A DNA stretch of 64,000 nucleotides. Source: an uncultured Methanosarcinaceae archaeon (GTDB taxonomy: Archaea > Halobacteriota > Methanosarcinia > Methanosarcinales > Methanosarcinaceae). A program made the translations under genes and the position numbers. The DNA is taken from positions 1 to 64,000 of the forward strand of contig CAVTET010000015.1 of the NCBI GenBank assembly GCA_963733675.1, read 5' to 3'. This document shows positions 11,670 to 23,349 of this stretch, piece after piece; position 1 is the stretch's first letter; each line of letters begins with the position of its first letter. The notes under the pieces were generated by a model. That model was given only the letters and a program-made list of their open reading frames with translations. It was not told the DNA's origin and did no database searches.

Positions 11670-13099
11670 TCAATCTTCAAGCCCAATTTTTTTCAGGAAA
11701 TGGTGATAGTGTTCCAGTGGCATTCGCGAGTAGAAGACTCTGGTTACAACCTCACTCAGTGAGGGATGGATGTACATACCGCGCATTATTGGTTCTGCAC
11801 TTCTTGATTCCGTATACATAAGAGAGATTATCTGATGAATAAGGATTGAGGCATGAGACCCTATAATATATGCTCCGAGAATCTTCTCTTCCTCTTCATA
11901 TAGAATTACCTTTACAAAGTAGTCCTTTATCTCCATGGCCCTGCCCTTTGCAGTATCCTCAAAGAGTTTGAGACCTATGAACACTCTATCTTTCCCATAT
12001 TTTTTTATGGCTTTCTGCTCCCCCATACCTACCCCTGCAATCTCAGGATAGGAAAAGACTGCATGCGGTATGGCATGGTAGTCTACCTTCACTTTTTCTT
12101 TCAGGATGGCATTAAGGTAAACTATTCCTGACTCATAGTTTCCAACGTGCTTGAACAGATAATTTCCATTTGCATCTCCAAAAGCCCAGATATTTGGCTG
12201 GGACGTTTCAAGATATTCATTTACTCGAATCCAGCCCTGTAAGTCTGTTTTGATTTCGGCCTTTTCAGGATGGAGGATGTCGGTATTTGGAACTCTGCCT
12301 GTTGCCACGAGGATTTCATCTGCAGTAACCTTGACCTCTTCTCTCGAATTTTGTTCCTTTGCAACAATGATCTTCTGCCCGTTATCTTCTTTTCTAACTT
12401 CTATGGCTTCATAATTCGTAAGGATCTTTATGTACTCCGACATTTTTATCCCGGCAAGTTTGGAGATTTCAGGCTCTTCCTGAGGAAGAAACCTGGAGTT
12501 TCTTCCGATGATCGTGACCTCAGCCCCCATAGCCTCAAAAAAATGGCCATACTCGACTGCAATATAACTCCCTCCAAGAATGGCTAGACTTCGGGGGCAT
12601 TCATTTAACTGGAGAACAGTATCGCTTGTGAGATAACCAGCTTCTTCAAGCCCTTCAACAGGCGGGATTTCAGACCTTGAGCCCGTACACAGGAAAATCA
12701 TCTTCGAATAAAGCGTTTTATCCCCCACTTTTAGAGTATAAGGAGAAATGAATTCAGCAATGTCATGATAATAGTCAAGGTACAGGTTTTCGGTTAATAC
12801 ATTCCTCCTCGCTTCTATGCATTCCCATATTTTTCCCCTCATCCTCTCCATGATCGCAAGGAAATCAATGTCCTTTATCTCAGCCATTATCCCAAAAAGA
12901 GATGCAGTTCCCAGTTCCCTGATGAGTTCTGCAGAGTAGAGTAATATTTTTGAAGGAATACACCCCCAGTGAGGCAGATTCCTCCTGGTTCGTCTTTATC
13001 GATAACAGCAATTTTCATTTCCGGATTTGAATCGATGATAAGATCTAGGTAGTTCATTGCAGAACCTGTGCCTATCATAATCAGATCGTAATTTTCCAT
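11670..13099 (-). pseudogene. lpdA: Dihydrolipoamide dehydrogenase-like flavoprotein disulfide reductase, frameshifted
   Basis: YDLIMIGTG then GGICLT, with a frameshift inside the CxxxxC motif (CIPSK follows in another frame); later ILGGSYIAVE, AFGD and HPSLSE. Confidence 0.85.
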
Positions 13100-13887
13100 T
13101 CTTGCCCCTCACAGTAAATACAAAATTGATTTATTAAGATTCTATTTATTATTCCAGTATATTTAAGACCCGATACTCTTAGCCAGATTGGGTAAATTCA
13201 ATGCTGAGTTCACCCTACTTACAAGATAAAAAATTATATGTTATATAATCGTCAATTTATTTAGATTAAGAGATAAAATTGAATTGGAAAGATAAAATGG
13301 ATCTCAAAAAAGCAATAAAAATAGGATTTGCTTGCTCAATTCTTTGTTTAATGGGATTATGTTTCGTAGGGTTCGCAATTGCAGTAGATAGCGGACCTTG
13401 TTATTATGATTAGAAATGATATGCGACATCTCATATAGGCTAATATACGACTGCCTCATAAGGTTATGAATATATAGTTAGAACTTGATATCTTCAAAAC
13501 GATGGTGGTCAAAGTATAAACAACAAGTCCAAGCGATAGGAATTTGATTGCAGATGGACTCAAGTATGAACATGATACCAGTATGTTTGATAATTCTATT
13601 GGCTATCAATATATAGAAATTGTTAAAGGTAGGAATATAGAAACAAAAATAGTATACCGTGTTAAAGGAAAGCCGACAAATATTCATTTATAATTTGATG
13701 GAATCTGGGATATAGGTCCGACTTTTAAAGAGATTAACCATTACGTGAATCGAACTTCACTGTAATTGGTTTGAGAAACTGCAGCTCATGTACTTCAAAA
13801 TGACAAAGTACTTCTCTTTTACAGAGCCGATATATTATTTTCAATCTCAATTGATTGGGATGGAATCATGAATTTTGGGTGATTTTT

Positions 13888-13984
13888 GGGGATATTTGAT
13901 AGCTAGAGCCCACCCATACTCTATTATGTTATCATAAATAGTATAGAAGTGACTCGTGAAAATCAAATATTTATTGAAATCCTC
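13888..13984. mobile_element. MITE copy D (left end degenerate)
   Basis: ataaatagtatagaagtgactcgtgaaaatca followed by tttattgaaatcctc matches the copies at 1100 and 22155. Confidence 0.6.
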
Positions 13985-14029
13985 AACGATTTTATATAAC
14001 AGAGTTACAGCTAACATATGTTATCGGTT

Positions 14030-16180
14030 TCATTCTATCATAAATCTTGTAAAACTTCCATATGCTTCTAAAATTTCTTCTAAGGAGAATGAAATCTCGA
14101 AATCTTTTCCTCTGATTTCCAGGACATCGCCTCCTACCTTGCCGATTACAGTACAAGGTACAGCCTCTAGGATTTCCTTCACAGCTTCTGGCTCGGCTGT
14201 AGCAAGCAAAGCTCTTGCGGGTGATTCTGAAAACAAAAGCTCATCAGCCTTCATTTCTCCAATTTTACTCAGATCTATCTTTGCACAGAATTTTTTGCAC
14301 ATCCTTGCGAGTCCAACACCGATTCCTCCTAAGGAAATGTCATGAGCCGAACTGAGTTTTCCACTCTTAGCAGTTTTGATTATAGCTTTTATTATTTCAG
14401 GGGCGTTTTTTGGGACTGAAGGCACTTTTCCTGTGTTATTAACTCCTAAACAGGCATAATACTCAGAACCTCCCATTTCTGGGGTTGTTTCTCCCACTAG
14501 GATAATTGTATCCCCGGATTTTACAAAGAACCCTGATGGAAGAGAAGTTTCGAGATCTACTTTCCCCATCATCCCTATTGAGGGAGTAGGGGGAATTGAA
14601 GTTCTGAACTCATCGCTTTCGTTGTAAAGAGACACATTTCCTCCTACTATCGGAATAGAAAGTTCCCTAGCCCCATCTCCAAGGCCAGATACAGCGCTTT
14701 TGAATTGCCAGTAAACTTCTGGACTTTCAGGGTTCCCAAAGTTCAGACAATTTACAATGGCGAGTCCCTCTGCACCTTTCACTGCAAGGTTCATAGCATT
14801 TTCGATTATTGCCGTTTTTCCTCCCGAATAAGGATCAAGAAGTGTAGCTCTGGGTTGGCAGCCACAGGAGAGTACGATTCCTTTTTTAGATGTAATCCTA
14901 AGTACTCCCGAGTCTTCTCCGGGTTTGGCAACTGTTCTCAACTGAATCTCATGGTCATATTGTTTGTAGATCCATTCTTTTGAGGAGATGTTATGTGAGG
15001 ACAAGACTTCCAGAAAAATTGTCTTTAAATCTTCCGGAGTTTCATATTTTTTGCTCTCTCCTTCCATCTCAAGAACAGGAGCCTGGGAAGATTTCTCACA
15101 GGTAGGAGCTCCTCCAGTCAAAAAATATATCGGTAGATCTGCAACGATTTCTCCTCTAAACTCAACAATATACCTGGGTTCTTCTGTCAGGTATCCCACT
15201 ACAGCTCCATTAAGGTCATATTTCTCTGCCAGATAAAGTACGTCATCAACATTTTCAGGGGATACTTCAAAGAGCATACGTTCCTGAGACTCGGAAAGCA
15301 ATATTTCATAGGGTTTCATGTCGAGTTCTCTCTGAGGTACGGCATCTGTAATAATATGGACTCCTAAACCTCCCTTTGCAGCCAACTCCGAACTTGCTCC
15401 ACCCAAGCCTGCAGCTCCAAGATCCTTGCAGGATTTTATATAGCCATTTTCTATGGCTTCCAGGGTCATTTCTATAAGAAGTTTTTCTGAATATGGATCT
15501 CCGATCTGGACACTGGGACGGTCTTCGGACTCTGCTGATTTACAGAGATCTCTGGAAGCAAAGGAAGCTCCACAAAGCCCATCTTTTCCAGTGCTTGAGC
15601 CTGCAAGTACAAGCTTGTTTCCAGCTTTTTGTGAGCTAGAAGTTATGATATTTTTCTCCTTACCCAGTCCTACTGCAATTACATTCACCAATGGATTCCC
15701 ACGATATCTACTGTCAAAGAAAGTCTCACCGTTGACTACAGGCACTCCTATACAATTTCCATACCCTGCAATTCCCTTAATGATCTGCTCGAAAAAGAAG
15801 ACATTTTTTTGGGTGTCTAGAGACCCAAGGTAGAGAGGGTCCATAAGGGCTATAGGGCGAGCTCCCATGGAAATTATATCCCTTACAATGCCTCCTACAC
15901 CGGTAGCTGCTCCGTTGTAGGGGTCAACATATGAAGGATGGTTGTGACTTTCCATACCGATTGCTAGCACATATCCATCTTCGAATCTAATTACTGCGGC
16001 ATCGTCTCCGGGGCCGATAATCACGTTTTTTCCCTTAGTAGTAAAGGTTTTTAGGAGAGGGGCACTTGAGCGGTAGGAACAGTGTTCGCTCCACATATTT
16101 AAAAAACAACCCTGTTCTACCAGGGTAGGCTCTCTCCCGAGTTCTTTTATAATGATCTTCAGATCTTCTTCAGGTAACAT
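14030..16180 (-). CDS. purL: Phosphoribosylformylglycinamidine synthase subunit PurL
   Basis: Intact 716 aa with [37 protein letters not shown] and NCLNFGNP. Confidence 0.97.
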   Translation of the reverse strand: MLPEEDLKIIIKELGREPTLVEQGCFLNMWSEHCSYRSSAPLLKTFTTKGKNVIIGPGDDAAVIRFEDGYVLAIGMESHNHPSYVDPYNGAATGVGGIVRDIISMGARPIALMDPLYLGSLDTQKNVFFFEQIIKGIAGYGNCIGVPVVNGETFFDSRYRGNPLVNVIAVGLGKEKNIITSSSQKAGNKLVLAGSSTGKDGLCGASFASRDLCKSAESEDRPSVQIGDPYSEKLLIEMTLEAIENGYIKSCKDLGAAGLGGASSELAAKGGLGVHIITDAVPQRELDMKPYEILLSESQERMLFEVSPENVDDVLYLAEKYDLNGAVVGYLTEEPRYIVEFRGEIVADLPIYFLTGGAPTCEKSSQAPVLEMEGESKKYETPEDLKTIFLEVLSSHNISSKEWIYKQYDHEIQLRTVAKPGEDSGVLRITSKKGIVLSCGCQPRATLLDPYSGGKTAIIENAMNLAVKGAEGLAIVNCLNFGNPESPEVYWQFKSAVSGLGDGARELSIPIVGGNVSLYNESDEFRTSIPPTPSIGMMGKVDLETSLPSGFFVKSGDTIILVGETTPEMGGSEYYACLGVNNTGKVPSVPKNAPEIIKAIIKTAKSGKLSSAHDISLGGIGVGLARMCKKFCAKIDLSKIGEMKADELLFSESPARALLATAEPEAVKEILEAVPCTVIGKVGGDVLEIRGKDFEISFSLEEILEAYGSFTRFMIE

Positions 16181-16564
16181 TGCATTGCCTCTGATTCTTT
16201 GAGCATTTCTTTAATCCCGGACATTGTTCGTGAGTTATTGATAAAATATGAAAAATGAGTATATTTCACATTTTTTGGGAAAATGTAGAGAGAATCTCAT
16301 AGCTACAATTTTCAAAAACTCATGAACACAACAGAATTATAAAGCCTCGGTTTTTTTTCTGATAATCATTCTCTGAAAGTTCAGAGTTTTTAGTTAGCTT
16401 TAATAGACTATCCCGACATAAGGGATAAGAATTAGATAAATATTTCTTTGCTACCCGGATTGCTCTTCATGAGTACGCAGTCTTTATCCTTAAGCTCGAG
16501 GGGAAGAATTTATAAATTTACAGCTTTAGTATATTCTTTCATGTTTACCATGGTAATGATATTG

Positions 16565-17419
16565 GGTTCAGTTGCAAAAACTTCAACAAAATATGTAAAT
16601 CTATAAGTAATTAATAAAAATCAAAATATTCCAGAAAAATGTACTAACATTATAAAGCTATACCAAATAATTGATTAATGTATTTGACTTCATTAAGAAC
16701 AGAGTAATTTAGATCGATTACTTGTCCTTTTTTGATCATATTTATAGCTTCAATTCCTTTTAAGGTTTTATTAGCAGATCGAAAAGACTGAAATCCTAAC
16801 ATTGGATTAACGATTCTCTTTATAGATCTGTGATCTTGTTCTATAATGTTATTCAAATACTTAATTTGTCTAATTTCAACATTTTTAGGTAGTATTTTAT
16901 CATTTTTCAGTTTATCTATAGCAGGTGGATAAGCTGGATTCTTATCAACGGTTATTAATCTTGGAATTTGATTATGATTAGAACTCAAAGCTTTCTTAAA
17001 GAATCTCTTCGCTGCCTTTCTATCTCGTTTTGAACTTAACATGAAATCAATTGTATCTCCATTTGAGTCAACTGCTCGGTAAAAATATTTCCATTTACCT
17101 TTTACTTTGATATAGGTTTCATCAACTCTCCACGAATCATTTGTTGGTCTTAAATGTCTTCTTATCTTCTTTTCTAGTTCAGGGGAATATTGATGTACCC
17201 ATCTCATGATTGTTGTATGGTCGACTTTTACTCCCCTTTCTGCCATCATTTCCTTTAAATTTCTATAACTTAATGCATATTTTAAGTACCATCTTACATT
17301 CAATAAGATAATTTCCCCTTCATAATGCTTCCATTTAAAGGAATTAGATAGCATGTTACTATCTTTGGTTTTCTTTTTATTCTATTGTATCATTAGAAAG
17401 GATTTTTTGCAACGGAACC
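16565..17419 (-). mobile_element. IS6-family insertion sequence, copy 1 (855 bp)
   Basis: IRs GGTTCAGTTGCAAAAA and GGTTCCGTTGCAAAAA; flanks TGATATTG and TTTATAAG do not match. Confidence 0.95.
16650..17354 (-). CDS. IS6-family DDE transposase
   Basis: 234 aa with WRVDETY, YRAVD, TVDK and NNIIEQDHR. Confidence 0.95.
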   Translation of the reverse strand: MLSNSFKWKHYEGEIILLNVRWYLKYALSYRNLKEMMAERGVKVDHTTIMRWVHQYSPELEKKIRRHLRPTNDSWRVDETYIKVKGKWKYFYRAVDSNGDTIDFMLSSKRDRKAAKRFFKKALSSNHNQIPRLITVDKNPAYPPAIDKLKNDKILPKNVEIRQIKYLNNIIEQDHRSIKRIVNPMLGFQSFRSANKTLKGIEAINMIKKGQVIDLNYSVLNEVKYINQLFGIAL

Positions 17420-17462
17420 TTTATAAGCATATGACAAAATTATGGAGTTTATTGAAATCCTC
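17420..17462. mobile_element. Half MITE abutting IS6 copy 1
   Basis: Right TIR ggagtttattgaaatcctc preceded by sequence resembling 11571-11592; no left half on the other side of the IS6. Confidence 0.55.
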
Positions 17463-17920
17463 TAAAGCATTATGAAATTCTTTATAGCGATAATTTGCTC
17501 CATCAAGTAAAAGTATTATAGCAACGATATTACATAATTTATAAGTAAGACAACAAACTGGCTGTGTTTATACTAAACTTCTTCATCATGCTCGATGGCT
17601 ACATTTCCTTAAATAATTTGCATGATATTTTTTGATTTGTAGAACTGGTTTCGGAACTAACGAGATTCCAAAATAGTATTTTAATGTAAGGATATAGATA
17701 GATTTAGAACTTATTAAGAAATATTATCTAATTGTTGAAGTGCTAGTAAGACTACATATAAAGAAACAACATATTGAATACCTGTCTTAAAAGTGGTGAA
17801 AATCACCTTCAAACGATTTGTATAAGATGACACATAATATGGGTGCATGCAGCGCATGAGACAGAGCTGACACAAATTTGTTTATATTTCAGGATGCAGT
17901 TATAATAAAGATGATTAAAA

Positions 17921-18175
17921 ATGAAATTAGATAATATAATACGTTGTTTCATAATAGCTTGTCTCATATTAATTATAGCAGTACTTATAGAGGCAGCTTA
18001 TTTTGGATTAAATCAAAAGAACACTTATTACATCAATAACACAGTTTATTCTATTACTGCTCCATTTGTCAATAATTTTTCAGATATATGCAGCCAACAA
18101 AATATAATAATACTTGCTATAATATTTACCATTAGTTTCATGATAACCTTAAATCTGATCTCAAAAAGAGAATAA
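17921..18175 (+). CDS. Hypothetical small membrane protein (two hydrophobic segments)
   Basis: 84-aa ATG-started ORF with N- and C-terminal hydrophobic stretches. Confidence 0.4.
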   Translation: MKLDNIIRCFIIACLILIIAVLIEAAYFGLNQKNTYYINNTVYSITAPFVNNFSDICSQQNIIILAIIFTISFMITLNLISKRE

Positions 18176-19060
18176 TCTCAAAAATGCGTGGCTAAAAACA
18201 AGTTTATAAATTGCAGCCATAATTTGACAACGATGATTTTTAGGTTCCAATCCTCAAATTATTAAATTTGGATAGAGGTACCCAGTCTTACGTATGGCAT
18301 AAAATTAAAATTCATTACTATTCTTTCATAGAGTTAGTCCTGTAAAAGGCAATCGTTATCCGTACTATAGCCCCAAACTTTTTTTTGTAATAATTCACAA
18401 AAAAAGATAGTACATGATCCAGTACTTTTAGATTGCTCGCAGTTAAAACAATCTTTAGGCTTCATATTCCCCCAATAGGCAATGTTAAATTTATAACTCA
18501 ATCAGTAACTTTTGTATCAATCATTCGAATGTTTCACCATTTTAAACTCCAATCTTCATTTAGTGACTTTTGCTGCGAAGTAGTGTTGTATACTTTAAGA
18601 TTTGTTATTTTCACAATATGTCCTTAATAACATATATATAAATTTATATAACCACACATTGATGCACATAAATACACATGGATTCACATCATACCATAAA
18701 ATATAATTCAAATAGATCTACAATTTCAACAAATTGCATAGATATGCACTATAAACAACCATCTTAGATGTAAAATTCATCAAAATTTTTATAGAGAAAC
18801 TTGCAGTGATATGTTTGTAATCTCTATAAACTCTAGAATTTGTCGCCACAAATGTTGAAGTTGATTACTGATGCTGATACTTTTTCATAATTTTCAAGAC
18901 GTACTTCGTAAAAATTAAGTTGAGTTACTTCCTGAAGCTAGTCAATTCTTTGTCTTAAAGCAGCATCTTTAAGGTTAGCTTAAATTATTTGAGGACAAAC
19001 AAGTCCTTCAATTGCAAAGTGATCAAAGTACTGGGAATATATGTGGAAGTAACTGTTAGT

Positions 19061-19151
19061 GGAACTTAAACAATTGAAAAAAATCGTTTATATATCTATT
19101 ATATACAATTTATATGAATATTACATATTTTAGGGGTCTATCGAGATCCTC
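19061..19151. mobile_element. Probable MITE copy (right TIR clear, left degenerate)
   Basis: ggggtctatcgagatcctc at 19133-19151. Confidence 0.4.
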
Positions 19152-19798
19152 TGTAAACTATATCCTTTGATGGCATTGAAAATAAAAAAAGTGTTATAAG
19201 GATATCAGAAGCTATCCTTAAAATCAAAGAACAGTGGGCCTGAAAAAGGAAAAATTGGCAAAATATAGACATTGCCAAGAAAAATATGAATCTGAATCCC
19301 GCGGAAAAAAGAAATCAATCGAAATCCTCTATAATTAAAAATAGGATTATCTGGAAAAATTTTTATTTTTGGTATATTTTTACCTTAGATCGTTGGTTGC
19401 ATATTCAAGAGAATTGGTGGAAGGTGCTGCAACATGAAACAAAATATTATGCTCTTTTTGATAGCGATAGGTTGCTTCATCAGATAAAGTAATTATATCA
19501 ACTATACTGCATAATTTCGAAGATACAGACAGTAAACTGGCTTTGTTTATACAATAAGTAAAATCATTCTTCGTTATGCTAATCAATGACTTAATTACCG
19601 TATTAATTTTCTTGATATTTCCCTCATTTGTATAAATGGTTTCGGAACTGATGATATTTGAAAACACTGATACTCTTCTGATTTATAGAACTGATTCCAG
19701 AACTAACTAAATTCTGAAATGCTATAATTGCAGGAAAGCACTGGGAAAGCCAGATGATATCCTGAAAAGTCCACTAAAAAGAAAAATAGAATATAAGT

Positions 19799-20728
19799 TT
19801 AGGGATCAGACATAGTGTCAAAGAGCCCTGCTACGAATTCTGCCAGTTTCTTGCTTTTCTCAGTTGAGGTCATAAGGATGTCGGCACGATATGCACGGCA
19901 TCCAAGCTTCTCAAATGCGAATTCATCTGTCAGGTCACTTTCATCGAAAACAATAATGTCAAGAAAATCTTGATAATACTCAACAACTCCCATAGATGAA
20001 ACCTCGAGCCCACAGGCCTGCATCAGCTTTCCAGCAGGTCCGCTTACTGGGGAATTACCAATAATGGGGCTTACGGCCACAACTTTCTTCTTTTTCAGTA
20101 AACTTTTCATTCCGGGCAACGAGATAATTGGACCTATACTCGTAATTGGGTTACTTGGCCCTATGAGAACATTATCATCATTTTCAAGGGCTTCAAGTAC
20201 TTTTGGAGAAATTGAAGCTTCTGAGACTCCCCTTATATCGACTCCCATTACATCGGGTTTACCATGTTTTCCAACCCAGAAGTCCTGAAAATGCATAATT
20301 CCTTCAAAAGTTTCTACATAAGTTGATACAGGATCATTAGACATGGACAAAATCTGTGCATTAATTCCAAAAATGGAAGCGAGTTTTAGAGTTGCCTCTG
20401 TGAGGGATACTCCATTTCTGACAAGATTCGAGCGAATAATATGGGTCGCACGATCTCTATCACCAATTTTCATTCTTTCCGGGACTCCGAGTTCTCTCAT
20501 CCGCTCATAAGTCTCAAATGAGTCGTTATTTATTCCCCACCATTTTTTTCTGTCAATCTGATCTGAGAATAGGTAGAGCACAGTATCTACATCAGGAGAT
20601 ATTAAGTTTCCCGAAACCCATAGGTCTTCGCCAGTATTTACAACAATGGTCAGTTCCTCTGGTGGGAGGATTTCCTTAAGTCCGTCAAGAAGTTTTGGGG
20701 TTCCAGTGCCGCCTGAAAATATGATCAC
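19799..20728 (-). CDS. cofD: 2-phospho-L-lactate transferase (F420 biosynthesis)
   Basis: SGGTGTPKL, VNTGED, SPDVDTV, GDRDRATH, HFQDFWV and GPSNPITSIGP. Confidence 0.95.
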   Translation of the reverse strand: MIIFSGGTGTPKLLDGLKEILPPEELTIVVNTGEDLWVSGNLISPDVDTVLYLFSDQIDRKKWWGINNDSFETYERMRELGVPERMKIGDRDRATHIIRSNLVRNGVSLTEATLKLASIFGINAQILSMSNDPVSTYVETFEGIMHFQDFWVGKHGKPDVMGVDIRGVSEASISPKVLEALENDDNVLIGPSNPITSIGPIISLPGMKSLLKKKKVVAVSPIIGNSPVSGPAGKLMQACGLEVSSMGVVEYYQDFLDIIVFDESDLTDEFAFEKLGCRAYRADILMTSTEKSKKLAEFVAGLFDTMSDP

Positions 20729-20841
20729 TATAATTCCTTTTTCTGGTTTTTTTCCAATTTAGGGTAGAAGGTATTTCTGTAAATTTTGCAGTACCATAGT
20801 GATAGTAACAGCGATATATAATGGCGTCTGTCTAAATAATA

Positions 20842-22038
20842 ATGAAGGTTGTCCTTGACCCAATACATGGTTACATTGAACTGGATGATTTTGTCCAGGA
20901 ACTTCTTTCCACTCCTCAGATGCAGCGCCTAAGAAGAATCAGGCAGCTTGGTTTTTCAAACCTTGTCTATCCCGGAGCTAATCATAATCGCTTTGAACAT
21001 TCTCTTGGAACAATGAACCTTGCCTCTATGCTAATCAAGAATCTTGACTCAATTGAAGATGACAAAAAAACTGAGATAAAAATCGCATCACTTTTGCATG
21101 ATATTGGACATGGACCTTTTTCCCATGTTACAGAAAATATTATTGACAAGTACACACGACATAGGCATGATGATCTAAAGGAAATACTGGTAAAAGGGGA
21201 AATAGGAGAAATATTGAAAAAATGGGGTTTTTCTCCAAAAACTCTTGCAAAACACATCAAAGGGGAAACTTCTCTAGGCCAGATTATTAGCAGTGAGATT
21301 GATGTAGACAAAATGGATTATCTTGTCCGAGATGCTCATTACACAGGCGTCGCTTTCGGAGTAGTGGATTACAACCGTCTGATTAATCAGTTGGATTTTT
21401 ACGAAGACAGGCTCGTTGTAGAACATGGAGGTTTGAAAGCTGCTGAATCACTCCTTGTTTCACGTTTTTGGATGAACACATCTGTTTACTATCACCATGT
21501 AACCAGAATCTCGGAATCAATGTGCTCTAAAGCAGTTGAGTATATGATAGAAAACCAGGAGCTTGATCCTTCGAAACTTAGACAAATTGATGACATAGAT
21601 CTTGTTGCAGCCATGAGAAATGCCACAGGATATGCAGGGGAAATTGCCAGATTGCTAGATGCCCGTAAACTCTATAAAAGGGCACTATATGTAGGGTTGG
21701 AAGATGTAGAAAAAGGTGTACTTAAACACCGCGACAAAATTCAGAGAGCGGAAAACGAAATTGCAGAACATGCAGGGGTTGATCCTCAATACGTGCTTGT
21801 GGATATTCCTAAAACACCTGAAATGTTAGAAATGCGGGCGATGATAAAGACTGACCATAGAATGATCCCACTTAATGAGGCTTCTCATTTCGTATCAATT
21901 CTTCAAGAAGCCCATATGGAAAACTGGAGAATGGGGGTATATAGCCCTAAAGAACACTCTAAAGTTGTGGGAAAGGCCGCAAAAGATTACTTTGAGGTTA
22001 AGAAATCCACAAAACAATTTAAACTGACTGATCTATGA
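20842..22038 (+). CDS. HD-domain phosphohydrolase (dNTP triphosphohydrolase/SAMHD1-like)
   Basis: DPIHG, QRLRRIRQLG, HNRFEHSLG, LLHDIGHGPFSH and DVDKMDYLVRD. Confidence 0.92.
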   Translation: MKVVLDPIHGYIELDDFVQELLSTPQMQRLRRIRQLGFSNLVYPGANHNRFEHSLGTMNLASMLIKNLDSIEDDKKTEIKIASLLHDIGHGPFSHVTENIIDKYTRHRHDDLKEILVKGEIGEILKKWGFSPKTLAKHIKGETSLGQIISSEIDVDKMDYLVRDAHYTGVAFGVVDYNRLINQLDFYEDRLVVEHGGLKAAESLLVSRFWMNTSVYYHHVTRISESMCSKAVEYMIENQELDPSKLRQIDDIDLVAAMRNATGYAGEIARLLDARKLYKRALYVGLEDVEKGVLKHRDKIQRAENEIAEHAGVDPQYVLVDIPKTPEMLEMRAMIKTDHRMIPLNEASHFVSILQEAHMENWRMGVYSPKEHSKVVGKAAKDYFEVKKSTKQFKLTDL

Positions 22039-22055
22039 GATAAATCAAATTGAGT

Positions 22056-22830
22056 ACTTCCACCTCAACTTAAAGGATGTAGCATCCTTCAGGCAACCTT
22101 TTCAGTTTGTTAAAACTCAGAAATCATTGATTCTTGTTTGACCACTTTTCATTATAGGATTTCGACAAATCCCTAAATCTCGTTCTGTTTTTATAAATGG
22201 TATATATTTGACTCGTGAAAATCAGGGGTTTATCTAGATCTTCTTTAATCTAGGTTATCTAAATTCTGCTGTCGGTTTCCCCCCATATCTATGAATATAG
22301 TTTTTATTATGCTAGCAGGCACACCTTCAACAGATTAATCAAAATTGCTACTTGATCATAGACTTTCATATAAATGTCGTTTTTTCAGTCAAGGATGAAG
22401 TTTAGAAAGTCTGTAAGAACTACCTTCTTTCAAGTATTGAACTACAGTTGATAGATATTTGCTTGCATTGGATTCTAGGAAATAAATGAACATGATCTTT
22501 TACCATTTCCAAAGTATGAATTTTGTATATTTGTTTCATAAAAATAATATAAATGGCAGTACTTTTTAATTCAATTATTATAGAGTATGTTTTCTCGATA
22601 CGTAGGTACTAAAACTATGTGGTAGGTGATCTGATTATAGCCATGGATAAAGTTGTTTGATTCCAACGCTTGTCACATTTCGGTCAGAGATGTGACACAT
22701 TTCTTACAATGTTCCAAAAAAAACTTATTTTAAGAAGAAGCGATGATTTAGAGGGTTAAACTAAAACAAAAAAAGTGAGGAGTCACTTCATCCCCTTACC
22801 TAAAGGAAGGGGTATTTATGATCTTCCGCA
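22056..22830 (-). mobile_element. tnpA: Degraded IS200-family element (tnpA relic) with terminal hairpins
   Basis: Minus-strand fragments GYNQITYHIVLVP, DHVHLF and VQYLKEGSSYRL.KLHP; hairpins catccccttacctaaaggaagggg near 22790 and aaggatgtagcatcctt near 22075. Confidence 0.7.
22155..22243. mobile_element. MITE copy E, nested in the IS200 relic
   Basis: TIRs taggatttcgacaaatccc / ggggtttatctagatcttc, 89 bp. Confidence 0.7.
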
Positions 22831-22974
22831 TTCCATAAGTAATAAACAAAAACTAGGAATTTTTCAAGCAGAGTTCAAAACTTTAAGAGACGTAGATTAA
22901 TGGACTTCTAACAAAATATATAACAAGCATAATTAATCATAGAATCAAAAGCTAGAGATGCTGGTGTAGGAATT

Positions 22975-23349
22975 TTGTTTTGGATTAAACGTAATGTAGG
23001 AAGTATTGAAATAGTACTTAATGCAAAGAAGATTGGGAATGACTACCTTGTGACTCTTACAGGAGGTAGGGATCATGTCGGAGCTGTTGCCATAGGTTTT
23101 TTTGATGAAAAAAGCCAAAGAGCAAGCTCTTCGGTGATAACAATACCTGGCCATAGGGAAGAGCAGCTTGCCCTGAAAAGTGCAAGACAGGTTAGCATAG
23201 CCACGAAGAAAACAACTATATTTATTGCTGGTATCCATAAGGATAATATCAACCATGAGGATATCAAAAATATAGTTTCAGTCGCATGTGAAATGGTAGA
23301 AGATTTGATCACTTACGTGAAAAGACAAAAACTAACAGGACGAAACTGA
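22975..23349 (+). CDS. LpdD-like prenylated-flavin chaperone
   Basis: TGGRDHVGAVA, PGHRE and AGIH motifs; stop overlaps the ubiX start. Confidence 0.65.
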   Translation: MFWIKRNVGSIEIVLNAKKIGNDYLVTLTGGRDHVGAVAIGFFDEKSQRASSSVITIPGHREEQLALKSARQVSIATKKTTIFIAGIHKDNINHEDIKNIVSVACEMVEDLITYVKRQKLTGRN

